The notes below the pieces were generated by a model. The model did no database searches. It worked only from the letters and a program-made list of their open reading frames with translations, and was not told the origin of the DNA. A stretch of DNA of 64,000 nucleotides from an uncultured Victivallales bacterium (lineage in GTDB: Bacteria > Verrucomicrobiota > Lentisphaeria > Victivallales > UBA1829): NCBI GenBank assembly GCA_944391115.1, contig CALXSJ010000001.1:3169-67168 (forward strand). The letters are read 5' to 3'. Both the position numbers and the translations under genes were made by a program. Positions 47,281 through 55,906 of this stretch are shown here, one piece after another (position 1 is the first letter of the stretch; each line of letters starts with the position of its first letter).

Positions 47281-48856
47281 AGCGAAGAGCATTTCCCCGC
47301 GCGAAAAACTCAAGGAGCTTTTCGCCGCGCGCTTTCCCGATTCCCCCGGGCCCTCCCGCGAAGGGGACCGCGCGCTTGTGCAGTCCTCCGCCGTCACGGA
47401 GCCGGAGCTGATTGCCCTGTATTCGGAGGCATACGGGGTTCCGGTGCTGCCCGAGGATGAGATCCGCCAGCCGGAACCCTTCCCGAATGCGCCGCTGGAA
47501 TTCTTCAATGCGAACGTCTGCCTTCCTTATGAGTGGGAGGAGGATTCGATCACCTTTCTCGTCGTGGATCCCTATGCGCTGGATCAGCTGGCGTTTCTGG
47601 TTCAGAAGACCTGGAAGCTGAAGGCGGAGTTCCGTTTTGTCCGCCGGACGTTTCTCGAACGTCTGCTCAGCAAGGCGCAGAGCATGGAGGAGGACGACGA
47701 GGAGACGGCGGTCGACGTCGATGACGAAAACACGCTCCGCACGATGGCGGGCGAGGCGCGGATCGTCCGGCTTGTGAACGACATCTTCACGCAGGCGATC
47801 GAGCTTGGCGCCAGCGATATTCACGTTGAGCCGGACGAGGATCATGTCGCGGTCCGCTGCCGCGTGGACGGCGTGCTCACCGAAATCATCAGCTGCCCGC
47901 TGAACCAGTTTCCCGCGATTGCTTCGCGCATCAAGCTGCTCGGCGGGCTCAACATTGCCGAGAGCCGTCTGCCGCAGGACGGGCGCACCAACGTCCAGCT
48001 CGGACGCACCGAACTGGACATGCGCATCAGCACGATCCCGATTCTGACGGGGGAGAGCATTGTCCTCCGCCTTCTGAATCAGGACGCGATCACCTTCGAT
48101 CTTCAGACGCTCGGGATGTCGCCGGAGCATCTTGCGCAGTTCCGGCGTCTCATCAGCATTCCGCACGGCATGATTCTCGTCGTCGGTCCGACCGGAAGCG
48201 GCAAGACCACGACGCTGTACAGCGTAATCAGCCAGCTGAACGACAGCCGCAAGAAAATCATCACAGTCGAGGATCCCGTGGAATACAAGATGCGCGGGCT
48301 CTGCCAGATGCAGGTCAACGCCAAGATCGGCGTGACCTTCGCCAACGGACTGCGGAGCATCGTCCGTCAGGACCCGGACATCATTCTCGTCGGCGAGATC
48401 CGCGACCGCGAAACGGCGGACATCGCGATCAACGCCGCGCTCACAGGACATCTGGTTCTGAGCACGCTGCATACGAACGATGCGGTCGGCGCGGTGACGC
48501 GCCTCATCGATATGGGCGTGGAAAACTTTCTGGTTTCGTCCGCGCTTTACGGCGTGCTTTCGCAGCGGCTTGTCCGGAAAATCTGCACCGTCTGCCATGG
48601 AAAAGGAACGGATGAACACGGGGCGAAATGCCGCCGCTGCAACGGCAGCGGATTCAAGGGCCGCTCCGGAATCTTTGAACTGCTGTTCCTGGATGATGAA
48701 CTGCGCACGGCGGTAAACCGCAACGCGTCTAGTTCGGAACTTCAGGAAATTGCGGTCCGGCACGGCATGGTGACGCTGCAGCAGGACGGTGCGTCCAAGG
48801 TGGCCGCGGGCATTACCACGCAGGAGGAGCTCAACCGCTCCACCGCCGAACTGTAA
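47267..48856 (+). CDS. gspE: Type II secretion system ATPase
   Basis: ASDIHVEP, RLPQDGR, Walker A GPTGSGKTTT, TVEDPVEY, RQDPDIILVGEIRD, CTVC/CRRC. Confidence 0.97.
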   Translation: MTSSEAKSISPREKLKELFAARFPDSPGPSREGDRALVQSSAVTEPELIALYSEAYGVPVLPEDEIRQPEPFPNAPLEFFNANVCLPYEWEEDSITFLVVDPYALDQLAFLVQKTWKLKAEFRFVRRTFLERLLSKAQSMEEDDEETAVDVDDENTLRTMAGEARIVRLVNDIFTQAIELGASDIHVEPDEDHVAVRCRVDGVLTEIISCPLNQFPAIASRIKLLGGLNIAESRLPQDGRTNVQLGRTELDMRISTIPILTGESIVLRLLNQDAITFDLQTLGMSPEHLAQFRRLISIPHGMILVVGPTGSGKTTTLYSVISQLNDSRKKIITVEDPVEYKMRGLCQMQVNAKIGVTFANGLRSIVRQDPDIILVGEIRDRETADIAINAALTGHLVLSTLHTNDAVGAVTRLIDMGVENFLVSSALYGVLSQRLVRKICTVCHGKGTDEHGAKCRRCNGSGFKGRSGIFELLFLDDELRTAVNRNASSSELQEIAVRHGMVTLQQDGASKVAAGITTQEELNRSTAEL

Positions 48857-48871
48857 CGCGGAGGATTCCGG

Positions 48872-50089
48872 ATGGGGCTTTACAAATATCTTGCCGCCGC
48901 CAGAGGCGAACCGCCGCATGAGATGCTGATCGAAGCGGACAATGAGAAGGAGGCGCTGAACAAACTGCGCAGCCGTCAGGTTACTCCGGTGCGTTTTTAC
49001 GGGGAAGTCTCCGTCGGGGGGAAAGGGAAACTGCTGTTCCGCCGTTCCAAAATCGACACCTATGATTTCACGCGTCAGCTTGCCCCGCTTCTGGATTCCT
49101 TCATTCCGCTGGAAAAAGCTCTTGCGATCATTGCCGAAAGCGCCGTCGAGCCGGAACAGCGCGATTTTGTCAACTCTCTCCGGCAGGGGCTTCACGAAGG
49201 GAAAAAATTTTCCGAGCTGGTGCGTTCCCACGGGTCGCTGTTTCCGGGATATTACGCGAATCTGATCGAGAGCGGCGAGGAGACCGGCTGTCTTCCCGAG
49301 GTGGTCGGACAGCTCTACAAGTTCATGGGGGAGAGCAAGGAGCTCAAGGACTTCATCATTTCGAGCTCGATCTATCCTCTTGCGATTCTTTCGATCACGC
49401 TGATCGTGACGGTGCTGCTGTTCACTGTTTTCGTGCCCCGCTTTGCAAAGATTTTTCAGGACATGGGACGGGAAATGCCTCCCTCGATGAACTTTCTCCT
49501 GGGAGTCAGCGCCTTTGCCTCCTGGGCATGGTGGGTGATTCCGTGTGTCGCGGCAGGCGCCTGGACCGGGCTCAAGAAATTTTTCGGAGAGGAAGCGTTC
49601 CGCTATAATTACAGCCGGTTCCTGCTTTCGCTGCCGCTGTTCGGGCGGATCATCGTGGATCTGGAGATGTGCAAGTACATCCGCACGCTTTCGATTCTGA
49701 TTGCAAATCATGTGGAGATCATCCGGACCGTTCGGATTTCCGGAAGAATCCTTTCCAACCCTGTGGTGGCCAAGGCGTTCGGCGACATTTCGCGCAAGCT
49801 CAAGGGCGGGGCGAAGCTTTCCGCCGCGCTTGCGGGGAACGCGTTCGTGCCAGCCGGAATGGTGCCGATGCTGCGGGTCGGCGAGGAGTCCGGAACCGTC
49901 GGCGAGATGCTTTCGCGTATCGCGAACCATCTGGAAAACGACACGCGCCTGAAGATCAAACGTCTGCTGAGCCTTTTCGAGCCGGCGGTGATTGTGTTTC
50001 TGGCTCTGGTGGTTCTGATTGTCGTGGTATCGATTTTTGTGGCTATGATGGAAATCAACTCAATCAGTCAAGGAGGACCCAAGATATGA
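48872..50089 (+). CDS. gspF: Type II secretion system inner membrane platform protein
   Basis: FTRQLAPLL, SGEETG, SSIYP, VGEESG, LFEP; two T2SSF repeats. Confidence 0.95.
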   Translation: MGLYKYLAAARGEPPHEMLIEADNEKEALNKLRSRQVTPVRFYGEVSVGGKGKLLFRRSKIDTYDFTRQLAPLLDSFIPLEKALAIIAESAVEPEQRDFVNSLRQGLHEGKKFSELVRSHGSLFPGYYANLIESGEETGCLPEVVGQLYKFMGESKELKDFIISSSIYPLAILSITLIVTVLLFTVFVPRFAKIFQDMGREMPPSMNFLLGVSAFASWAWWVIPCVAAGAWTGLKKFFGEEAFRYNYSRFLLSLPLFGRIIVDLEMCKYIRTLSILIANHVEIIRTVRISGRILSNPVVAKAFGDISRKLKGGAKLSAALAGNAFVPAGMVPMLRVGEESGTVGEMLSRIANHLENDTRLKIKRLLSLFEPAVIVFLALVVLIVVVSIFVAMMEINSISQGGPKI

Positions 50090-50508
50090 AAAGAAAGAAA
50101 TGGAAAAGAACGGACTTCACCCTGATCGAAGTCGTCGTCGTGATCATTATTCTGGTCACGCTGGCGTCCATTGCGACGCCGCTCTATCTGAACTACGTCA
50201 AGAAGGCGAACGTCGGCGCAGCCAAGACGCAGATCAAACTCCTGGAAGAGGCGCTGACCGGTTTCCGTCTGGACGTCGGAAGCTATCCGGATTCGACCGT
50301 CGGACTCCGCGCGCTGGTCGAGAATGTCGATCAGAACGCCAAATGGAACGGTCCTTATCTCCAGCCCTCCGTCCCGAAGGACCCCTGGGGCAATGATTAC
50401 ATTTACGTGTTTCCCGGCGAGCACCGCGAATTTGACATCATGAGTTACGGCGCGGACGGACAGCCCGGCGGCGAAGGCGAGAATGCCGACATTACGAACT
50501 GGGAATAA
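50086..50508 (+). CDS. gspG: Major pseudopilin
   Basis: KRTD|FTLIEVVVVIIIL; AKTQI, FRLDVGSYP, WNGPYL, PKDPWG, SYGADGQPGGEGENADI; RBS AAGGAGG; ATGA overlap with gspF. Confidence 0.96.
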   Translation: MKRKKWKRTDFTLIEVVVVIIILVTLASIATPLYLNYVKKANVGAAKTQIKLLEEALTGFRLDVGSYPDSTVGLRALVENVDQNAKWNGPYLQPSVPKDPWGNDYIYVFPGEHREFDIMSYGADGQPGGEGENADITNWE

Positions 50509-50521
50509 ACGCGTTCCGGCT

Positions 50522-50598
50522 TTTCCCGCGGAACTGTCTGTTGCCAGGAGTCCCGCGGGAGGTTTTCATGATCTCTTCTGAATTCTGTCCGCGGGAAA
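50522..50598 (+). promoter_or_regulatory. Symmetric stem-loop between gspG and gspH
   Basis: TTTCCCGCGGA (50522-32) and TCCGCGGGAAA (50588-98) are perfect inverted repeats around the palindrome TCCCGCGGGA (50551-60). Confidence 0.6.
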
Positions 50599-50602
50599 CG
50601 AA

Positions 50603-51142
50603 ATGAAAAGACAGAGACGGTCTCCTTTGCATTTCACGCTTCTGGAGCTTGTCGTCGCCATCGCGATCATTGCGCTGACGACGGCGCTGGCCGTTTCCGC
50701 CTTCCGGGGCGAATCCCCCGCGCGGCAGATGGAAAGCGCAGGGCTCCAGTTTGCGGCGTTCTGTGCGAAAGTCCGCTTTCAGGCCCTGGAAAACGGCGCG
50801 GACCGCATGGTTGTGTTCTATCCCGAAACCCGGACGTTTAAAATGGCGGTTCCGGAAGAGTTTCAGGCGAAGGAAGAGGAGGCGAAGGAGGAAGAGGAGA
50901 AGAAACTGCGCCTTGCGGCAATCGAATGGACGCTGCCGGAAAATTTCGAGCTTGGAACCGAGTTTGCGGACAAGGAGCGGGAAATGGAACAGGAGTATTT
51001 TGAACTGTTCCGCTTTTTTTCCGACGGCGGAGCCTCCGGAAAACTCAAATTCGAGTTGCGTTATCAGATGCTCCGGAAGGTCTTCGACATCTCTCCTCTG
51101 ACGGGACTGCTGACGCAGAATGAGGGAGACGAAGAAACATGA
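50603..51142 (+). CDS. gspH: Minor pseudopilin H-like
   Basis: PLH|FTLLELVVAIAII; position after gspG. Confidence 0.8.
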   Translation: MKRQRRSPLHFTLLELVVAIAIIALTTALAVSAFRGESPARQMESAGLQFAAFCAKVRFQALENGADRMVVFYPETRTFKMAVPEEFQAKEEEAKEEEEKKLRLAAIEWTLPENFELGTEFADKEREMEQEYFELFRFFSDGGASGKLKFELRYQMLRKVFDISPLTGLLTQNEGDEET

Positions 51143-51561
51143 ATCGGAGATCCCGGCCGTTTTTCACCTTGATCGAAGTTGTTGTCGCGCTCGGAATTCT
51201 GGGCCTGAGCATCACTGGACTGCTTTCCCTTCTGATTGCCTCGCAGAAGCGGATCGCGACCGGTTATGAAAAGTGGGAGCATATGCATATGCTTGCCCAG
51301 GCGGCGGAGTATTTCATGCTCATGGGCGAGGACCCCGGCGGCATTCCCGAGGAATTCTTCCCCTACAAGGGATACCGGATCACGGTCGCTTACGAGGATG
51401 TCTCCGACGAACAGGTGCCGGACGATTACAGCAATCTCCTCGGACAGCTGCCTTTGAAATGCATGGTGGTGACGCTGGAACGGGAAGGCGACGGCAAGCA
51501 GCTGGATCAGATCAGAATCGACAGGATCAGTTATGAAACGGCAATCGGAAACGAGGAATAG
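51139..51561 (+). CDS. gspI: Minor pseudopilin I-like
   Basis: RPF|FTLIEVVVALGILGL; ATGA overlap. Confidence 0.8.
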   Translation: MNRRSRPFFTLIEVVVALGILGLSITGLLSLLIASQKRIATGYEKWEHMHMLAQAAEYFMLMGEDPGGIPEEFFPYKGYRITVAYEDVSDEQVPDDYSNLLGQLPLKCMVVTLEREGDGKQLDQIRIDRISYETAIGNEE

Positions 51562-52240
51562 GACAAAAGGATGGTTCACGCTGGTGGAAATCATCGTCGC
51601 CATGGCGATCATGATCTTCGTCGCGCTGATTATCGCCTCGGCGTCCATGACGTTTTACAACGCGTGGCGGCGTTCCGTCAGGATCAGCGACCTGCTGAAA
51701 ACCTATCAGACCATTGACCGCATCATGGACAACTGTGTCCGCAACATGATCCCGTTCACCTGGCGCGACGAGGATCTCAATCAGGAGCGGGTCGTATTCA
51801 AGGGCGAACCCGACAGCATCCATTTCACCGCCTTGCGCCGCGCATACCGGAACGACAAGGGGGCGCTGATCTTCCTCCGCATCAAGGTGGAAAATGAACA
51901 GCTTGTTGCCGAATATTCCCAGTATCCGCGCCTGCAGTGGAACGAGGACGACTCCGAACAGAACTCCTATACCCGCGAGGTGCTCGCCGACCGGGTCCGT
52001 TCGATCACCTTCCGCTATGCGACAGAGGAAAACGACGAGCTGGTCTGGAACGACACCTGGGAAGAGGATCTGAACCTCAACGTCTCCCGCACCAATCCCC
52101 GTCCCGCGATCCCGAACAGCTCCCGCACGTTCCTGATTCCGATCGCCGTCCAGATGACGGTCGAATGGACCGACGGCAGAAAGGAAATCTGGCTCCGCCG
52201 GACTGCCGGGAATTCCAAAAACACCCAGCTGCTGCTTTGA
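51533..52240 (+). CDS. gspJ: Minor pseudopilin J-like
   Basis: KGW|FTLVEIIVAMAIM; IRFRYA and PIAVQMTVEW-type C-terminal motifs. Confidence 0.8.
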   Translation: MKRQSETRNRTKGWFTLVEIIVAMAIMIFVALIIASASMTFYNAWRRSVRISDLLKTYQTIDRIMDNCVRNMIPFTWRDEDLNQERVVFKGEPDSIHFTALRRAYRNDKGALIFLRIKVENEQLVAEYSQYPRLQWNEDDSEQNSYTREVLADRVRSITFRYATEENDELVWNDTWEEDLNLNVSRTNPRPAIPNSSRTFLIPIAVQMTVEWTDGRKEIWLRRTAGNSKNTQLLL

Positions 52241-52248
52241 GGAAGACC

Positions 52249-53244
52249 ATGAGACCCAAGAGATTCCGGAAAAAGAGAGAAGAGAAGGGCTCCGCCCTGA
52301 TTGCGGCGCTCTGTCTGATTTTCACGGCCGGCATGCTGACCGCGTCCGTGCTGATCCTTTCCCGGATTTCCACTTACGACATTGCCGCGCATATTGATCT
52401 TCAGCGCTCTTCCTACCTCAACGAGGGCGTCATGAACCGCGTCCAGTGGCTGCTTGCCGCGGAACAGAACCTTTATCCGGACCGTGCGCTGGGAGATATC
52501 GATTATACGGAATACGACCATGACCGCTATATGGCCGACGGCGTGACTCACGAGATGGATTACTACGGGACCAAAGTGTATTTTTCGATCACGGACGCCA
52601 GGTCCGGGCTCGACCTCAGCCGGAGCGCATTCCGCTCCACCCTGCAGCGTCTCGGCACGCCGATCGACACGGAAACCGAGTTTATCGACCAGTTGAGTTC
52701 GATTCGCGACAAGATCAGTGATTATTACGACACCAATGATGAAGTCGCGCTGGACGGCATGGAGGCCGACGAATACGAGGCGGAAAACATGGCGCCCCTC
52801 CCGCGCAACTCCTCGACAAAGGTGCTCCGGGAGGAGTTTTTCTACATCCCCGGCCTGATCGACCTGTTTCCGCCGGACCGTTTCGGCCGTCTGAGCATCA
52901 TCCGTCTGCTTCGCGCTCCGACGGGCTCTCCGACGTTCTTTACCGCCACGCCGCTGCTGCTGAAGGTTTACTGCAATTTGGAGGACGAGGAGATCGAGGA
53001 GGTGCTTGCCGCGCGGGAGGTCTGGTTCAGGGAACGCACCACGCTGCGCGATCAGCTCGATCCGATGCTGTATGCCGCGCTCGGCACTCTCTCCTGGCGG
53101 GAAAGCGGCACTTATACGATTCTGATCGGACAGAAGGAGAAGCCGGAACGCCCCACGCGCCGGCTTGCCGTCTCCTTCGAGCGGTTCGACGTCACGGGCG
53201 CTTCCGACAACAATGTAAAGCTGATCGAGTGGATGCAGTACTGA
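52249..53244 (+). CDS. gspK: Minor pseudopilin K-like
   Basis: EKG|SALIAALCLIF (no Glu5, as in GspK); ITDARSGLDL; last gene of the cluster. Confidence 0.8.
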   Translation: MRPKRFRKKREEKGSALIAALCLIFTAGMLTASVLILSRISTYDIAAHIDLQRSSYLNEGVMNRVQWLLAAEQNLYPDRALGDIDYTEYDHDRYMADGVTHEMDYYGTKVYFSITDARSGLDLSRSAFRSTLQRLGTPIDTETEFIDQLSSIRDKISDYYDTNDEVALDGMEADEYEAENMAPLPRNSSTKVLREEFFYIPGLIDLFPPDRFGRLSIIRLLRAPTGSPTFFTATPLLLKVYCNLEDEEIEEVLAAREVWFRERTTLRDQLDPMLYAALGTLSWRESGTYTILIGQKEKPERPTRRLAVSFERFDVTGASDNNVKLIEWMQY

Positions 53245-53283
53245 TCCGGGAAAAGGCTTCGTTTGCTCCGCCGGACAGACCGC

Positions 53284-55206
53284 TTATTGCGGAACCAGAG
53301 TGTCCATCTGTCTCGCCGGATAAGCCGGAAGTCCATCCTTGTGTGTCTGCTGAGTCTTTTCAAACTCTCTTTTGAGACGTTCGAATTCCGCGGCCGCCTC
53401 TCTGGATTTCTTCGCGGCGCGCGTGGCCTCCTCCGCAGCCTCTTTCGCTTTTCTGGCGGCCGCTTCGACCGCGGCGGCTTCCGGTGAAATCACATACCCC
53501 GGAGCGCGCGGGATTTCAACGATCTTGTTCTTGATGTGGGAGAAATCGGCAAAACATGCGTAGATGGCAAAGACGATCAGCAGCAGGGCGATGCCCGCAT
53601 GTTTCGCATATTTCCACGGCGTCATGTCCGTCGCTTTCGCGTCGATCGGAACATATGCGGTTTCACGCGGGCGGAATTTTCCGATGATCAGCATCATGGC
53701 GATGATGACAAGAAAGACGATAGCCACAAAATGGTATTCGTTCATGTAATTGAGGATTCCGTTGAAGGGCGGGACGAAATACCCCATGGCAATCAGGAGA
53801 ATCCCGGCGATCAGAGCCGCTTTCGCCGCGACGGACGGCACCCATTTCGAAGCCATGCCGACCAGGACCACCGCCAGAATCGGGATGAAGTAGATTGCGT
53901 TCATTTTCTGGAGATAGCCGAAAATGCCGCCCGTGCTGGCAAGCAGCGGCGCGACAATCACGGAAACGACTGTAATTACGACGCCGAAATAGCGTCCCAT
54001 TGCGACAACCCGCTTATCCGGTGCGTTCGGATTGATCAGGCGCTTGTAGATGCCGAGACTGAACAGCGTGCATGTGCTGTTCAGGGCGGAGTTGAAGCTC
54101 GAAAGAATCGCGCCGAGAAGCGCGGCGGCGAAAAAGCCGGTCAGCCAGTTGGGAAGCACGAAGCTCACCAGGGAACCGTAGGCCTTGTCGGAGGCGATCG
54201 TGCCGTCCGCGTTGATGTTTCCGAGGTGGAATCCCCTGGTCAGCATGACCGCGGCGATGATGCCGGGCAGCACGAGATAAAGCGGTCCGATCAGCTTGAG
54301 GACGCCGGTCAGCAGAACGCCCTTCTGGCCCTCGCCGAGCGACTTCGCTCCGAAGGTGCGCTGGATGATCTGCTGGTTTGTGCACCAGTAGAACACGTTG
54401 ATGAACAGAATGCCCGTGAAGAGAGAGAAGAAGGGAGCCTTGGCGTCATTTGATCCGATGCTGTTCAGGCGTCCGGCCTCGCCCGCTTCCTTGAGGAAAA
54501 CGGAAAGTCCGTTTGTGAAACTGCCGGAGCCGGCGGTCACATTTCCCGCCGCGTCGGGGGTCCCGCCAAGCGCGTAAATGGCAAAATAGGTGATGAGGAA
54601 GCCGCCGGTCAGCAGTCCGATTCCGTTCAGGGTGTCGGAGACGGCGCAGGAGCTCAGGCCGCCCCAGATCGCATACACCGAACCGATGAGGGCCACAAGG
54701 ATCACAACGCACCAGAGCGCCTGAATGTCGGAGGAAAATCCGATCAGTTTCTGAAGATTGAGCACGTCCAGCATGCCGCGCGCGCCGGTATAAAGAATGA
54801 TCGGCAGAAGAATAATCGCATAGGCGGCGAGAAAAATGATGTTGCAGATCAGTTCCGTCTGACGGTCGAACCGCTGTTCCAGATATTCGGGAACGGTGGT
54901 AATGCCGGCGCGGAGGAATTTCGGAAGGAAAAAGAGGGCCATCAGAACCAGCGCGATGACGGCGACGACCTCCCATGCCATGACGCTGAGTCCGTCTGTG
55001 AACGCGTCGCCGTTCAGCCCGACCATCTGTTCCGTCGAAAGATTGGTCAGAAGCAGAGACCCGGCGATGAACGGGAAGGTCAGCGAGCGGCCCGCAAGGA
55101 AAAATCCGTCGTTGTTGTCCAGCTTGTTTTTCCGGGTCATGAACCATGTGATGACGGCGACCAGTCCTGTAAAAAACAGGAACGACAGAATTGTTACGGC
55201 AAACAT
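53284..55206 (-). CDS. Sodium:solute symporter (YidK-like) with an Ala/Glu/Lys-rich C-terminal extension
   Basis: GFFLAGRSL, SLLLTNLSTEQMVGLNG, YWCTNQQIIQR, AILSSFNSALNS. Confidence 0.92.
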   Translation of the reverse strand: MFAVTILSFLFFTGLVAVITWFMTRKNKLDNNDGFFLAGRSLTFPFIAGSLLLTNLSTEQMVGLNGDAFTDGLSVMAWEVVAVIALVLMALFFLPKFLRAGITTVPEYLEQRFDRQTELICNIIFLAAYAIILLPIILYTGARGMLDVLNLQKLIGFSSDIQALWCVVILVALIGSVYAIWGGLSSCAVSDTLNGIGLLTGGFLITYFAIYALGGTPDAAGNVTAGSGSFTNGLSVFLKEAGEAGRLNSIGSNDAKAPFFSLFTGILFINVFYWCTNQQIIQRTFGAKSLGEGQKGVLLTGVLKLIGPLYLVLPGIIAAVMLTRGFHLGNINADGTIASDKAYGSLVSFVLPNWLTGFFAAALLGAILSSFNSALNSTCTLFSLGIYKRLINPNAPDKRVVAMGRYFGVVITVVSVIVAPLLASTGGIFGYLQKMNAIYFIPILAVVLVGMASKWVPSVAAKAALIAGILLIAMGYFVPPFNGILNYMNEYHFVAIVFLVIIAMMLIIGKFRPRETAYVPIDAKATDMTPWKYAKHAGIALLLIVFAIYACFADFSHIKNKIVEIPRAPGYVISPEAAAVEAAARKAKEAAEEATRAAKKSREAAAEFERLKREFEKTQQTHKDGLPAYPARQMDTLVPQ

Positions 55207-55341
55207 CTTATCTCTCTCCCATTGTTTTTACTTTTTGCATATGATTCAGCTCTGTTTTCAGCAGCGCCCGGCGACGGCGGAAGATGACAACAGCATTCCG
55301 GGATTTCCTGTTTCCGCGTCCATTCCGGGATTTGCGGATTT

Positions 55342-55626
55342 TCATTTGTAAATGAGAATCTGTTCTCCTTCCCGGCAGAAGTTGTATTTCTCGCGGGCAA
55401 CTTTTTCCGCCGCGGCGGCGCTGTGTTCCAGATCATGCACCTCGCGTGTCAGAGTCAGACACTCGTTCTGTGCATTTTTGAGTTCTGCATTCAGGTCTGC
55501 GACATTTCTTTCCATATCGGTGTAACGCTTGTAGACAGGAAGCACAAGAATAACGGAAAAAGCAAAAATAATCCCCAGAAGCACATAGAGGGAAAATGAG
55601 AGCATTGCCTGCACTTTCTGATTCAT
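55342..55626 (-). CDS. ftsB: Septum formation initiator FtsB/DivIC-like protein
   Basis: Single TM, coiled coil, EKVAREKYNFCREGE (ExxAR motif); GGAGA RBS about 8 nt before ATG 55626. Confidence 0.75.
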   Translation of the reverse strand: MNQKVQAMLSFSLYVLLGIIFAFSVILVLPVYKRYTDMERNVADLNAELKNAQNECLTLTREVHDLEHSAAAAEKVAREKYNFCREGEQILIYK

Positions 55627-55822
55627 ATGCATATCTCCGCGTTTAGAGTTTGAACGGCTGTTTTCCGGAAAATCCTTATCTTTCCGCAGATGTAATATAG
55701 CACGGCAGGAGTGTTTCTGCAATCCGGAAAAAAGATTTGTCTGTCAAATCCGGCGGAACCGGATGCTTCCCGGAATCCCTGCAAATATTTGCAGGATAAA
55801 TTGTTGTTTGAAGTTTTCCTGC

Positions 55823-55856
55823 TTGACAAGCGCGGGAAACGGCGGTATTTTACCGC
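55823..55856 (+). promoter_or_regulatory. Sigma70 promoter with an operator palindrome over the -10
   Basis: TTGACA (55823-28)-N17-TATTTT, overlapped by GCGGTA-TTT-TACCGC (55842-56). Confidence 0.65.
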
Positions 55857-55906
55857 GTGATTGTTTTTATAGAAAAAAAGCATGCTTTCTATTAAGGAGA
55901 ACAAGA

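Noticed and set aside
49669-50085. N-terminal extensions from the ORF track (279-aa GspG, 435-aa GspK, and extended metG, ROK, Sel1, NahK, flavodoxin)
   Set aside because: They overlap upstream genes or promoters; downstream ATGs with RBS and family-typical N-termini were chosen instead.
55294-55333. Direct repeat CATTCCGGGATTT x2 upstream of the YidK-like symporter
   Set aside because: Could be an operator, but there is no adjacent regulator, no further copy seen and no promoter located nearby.
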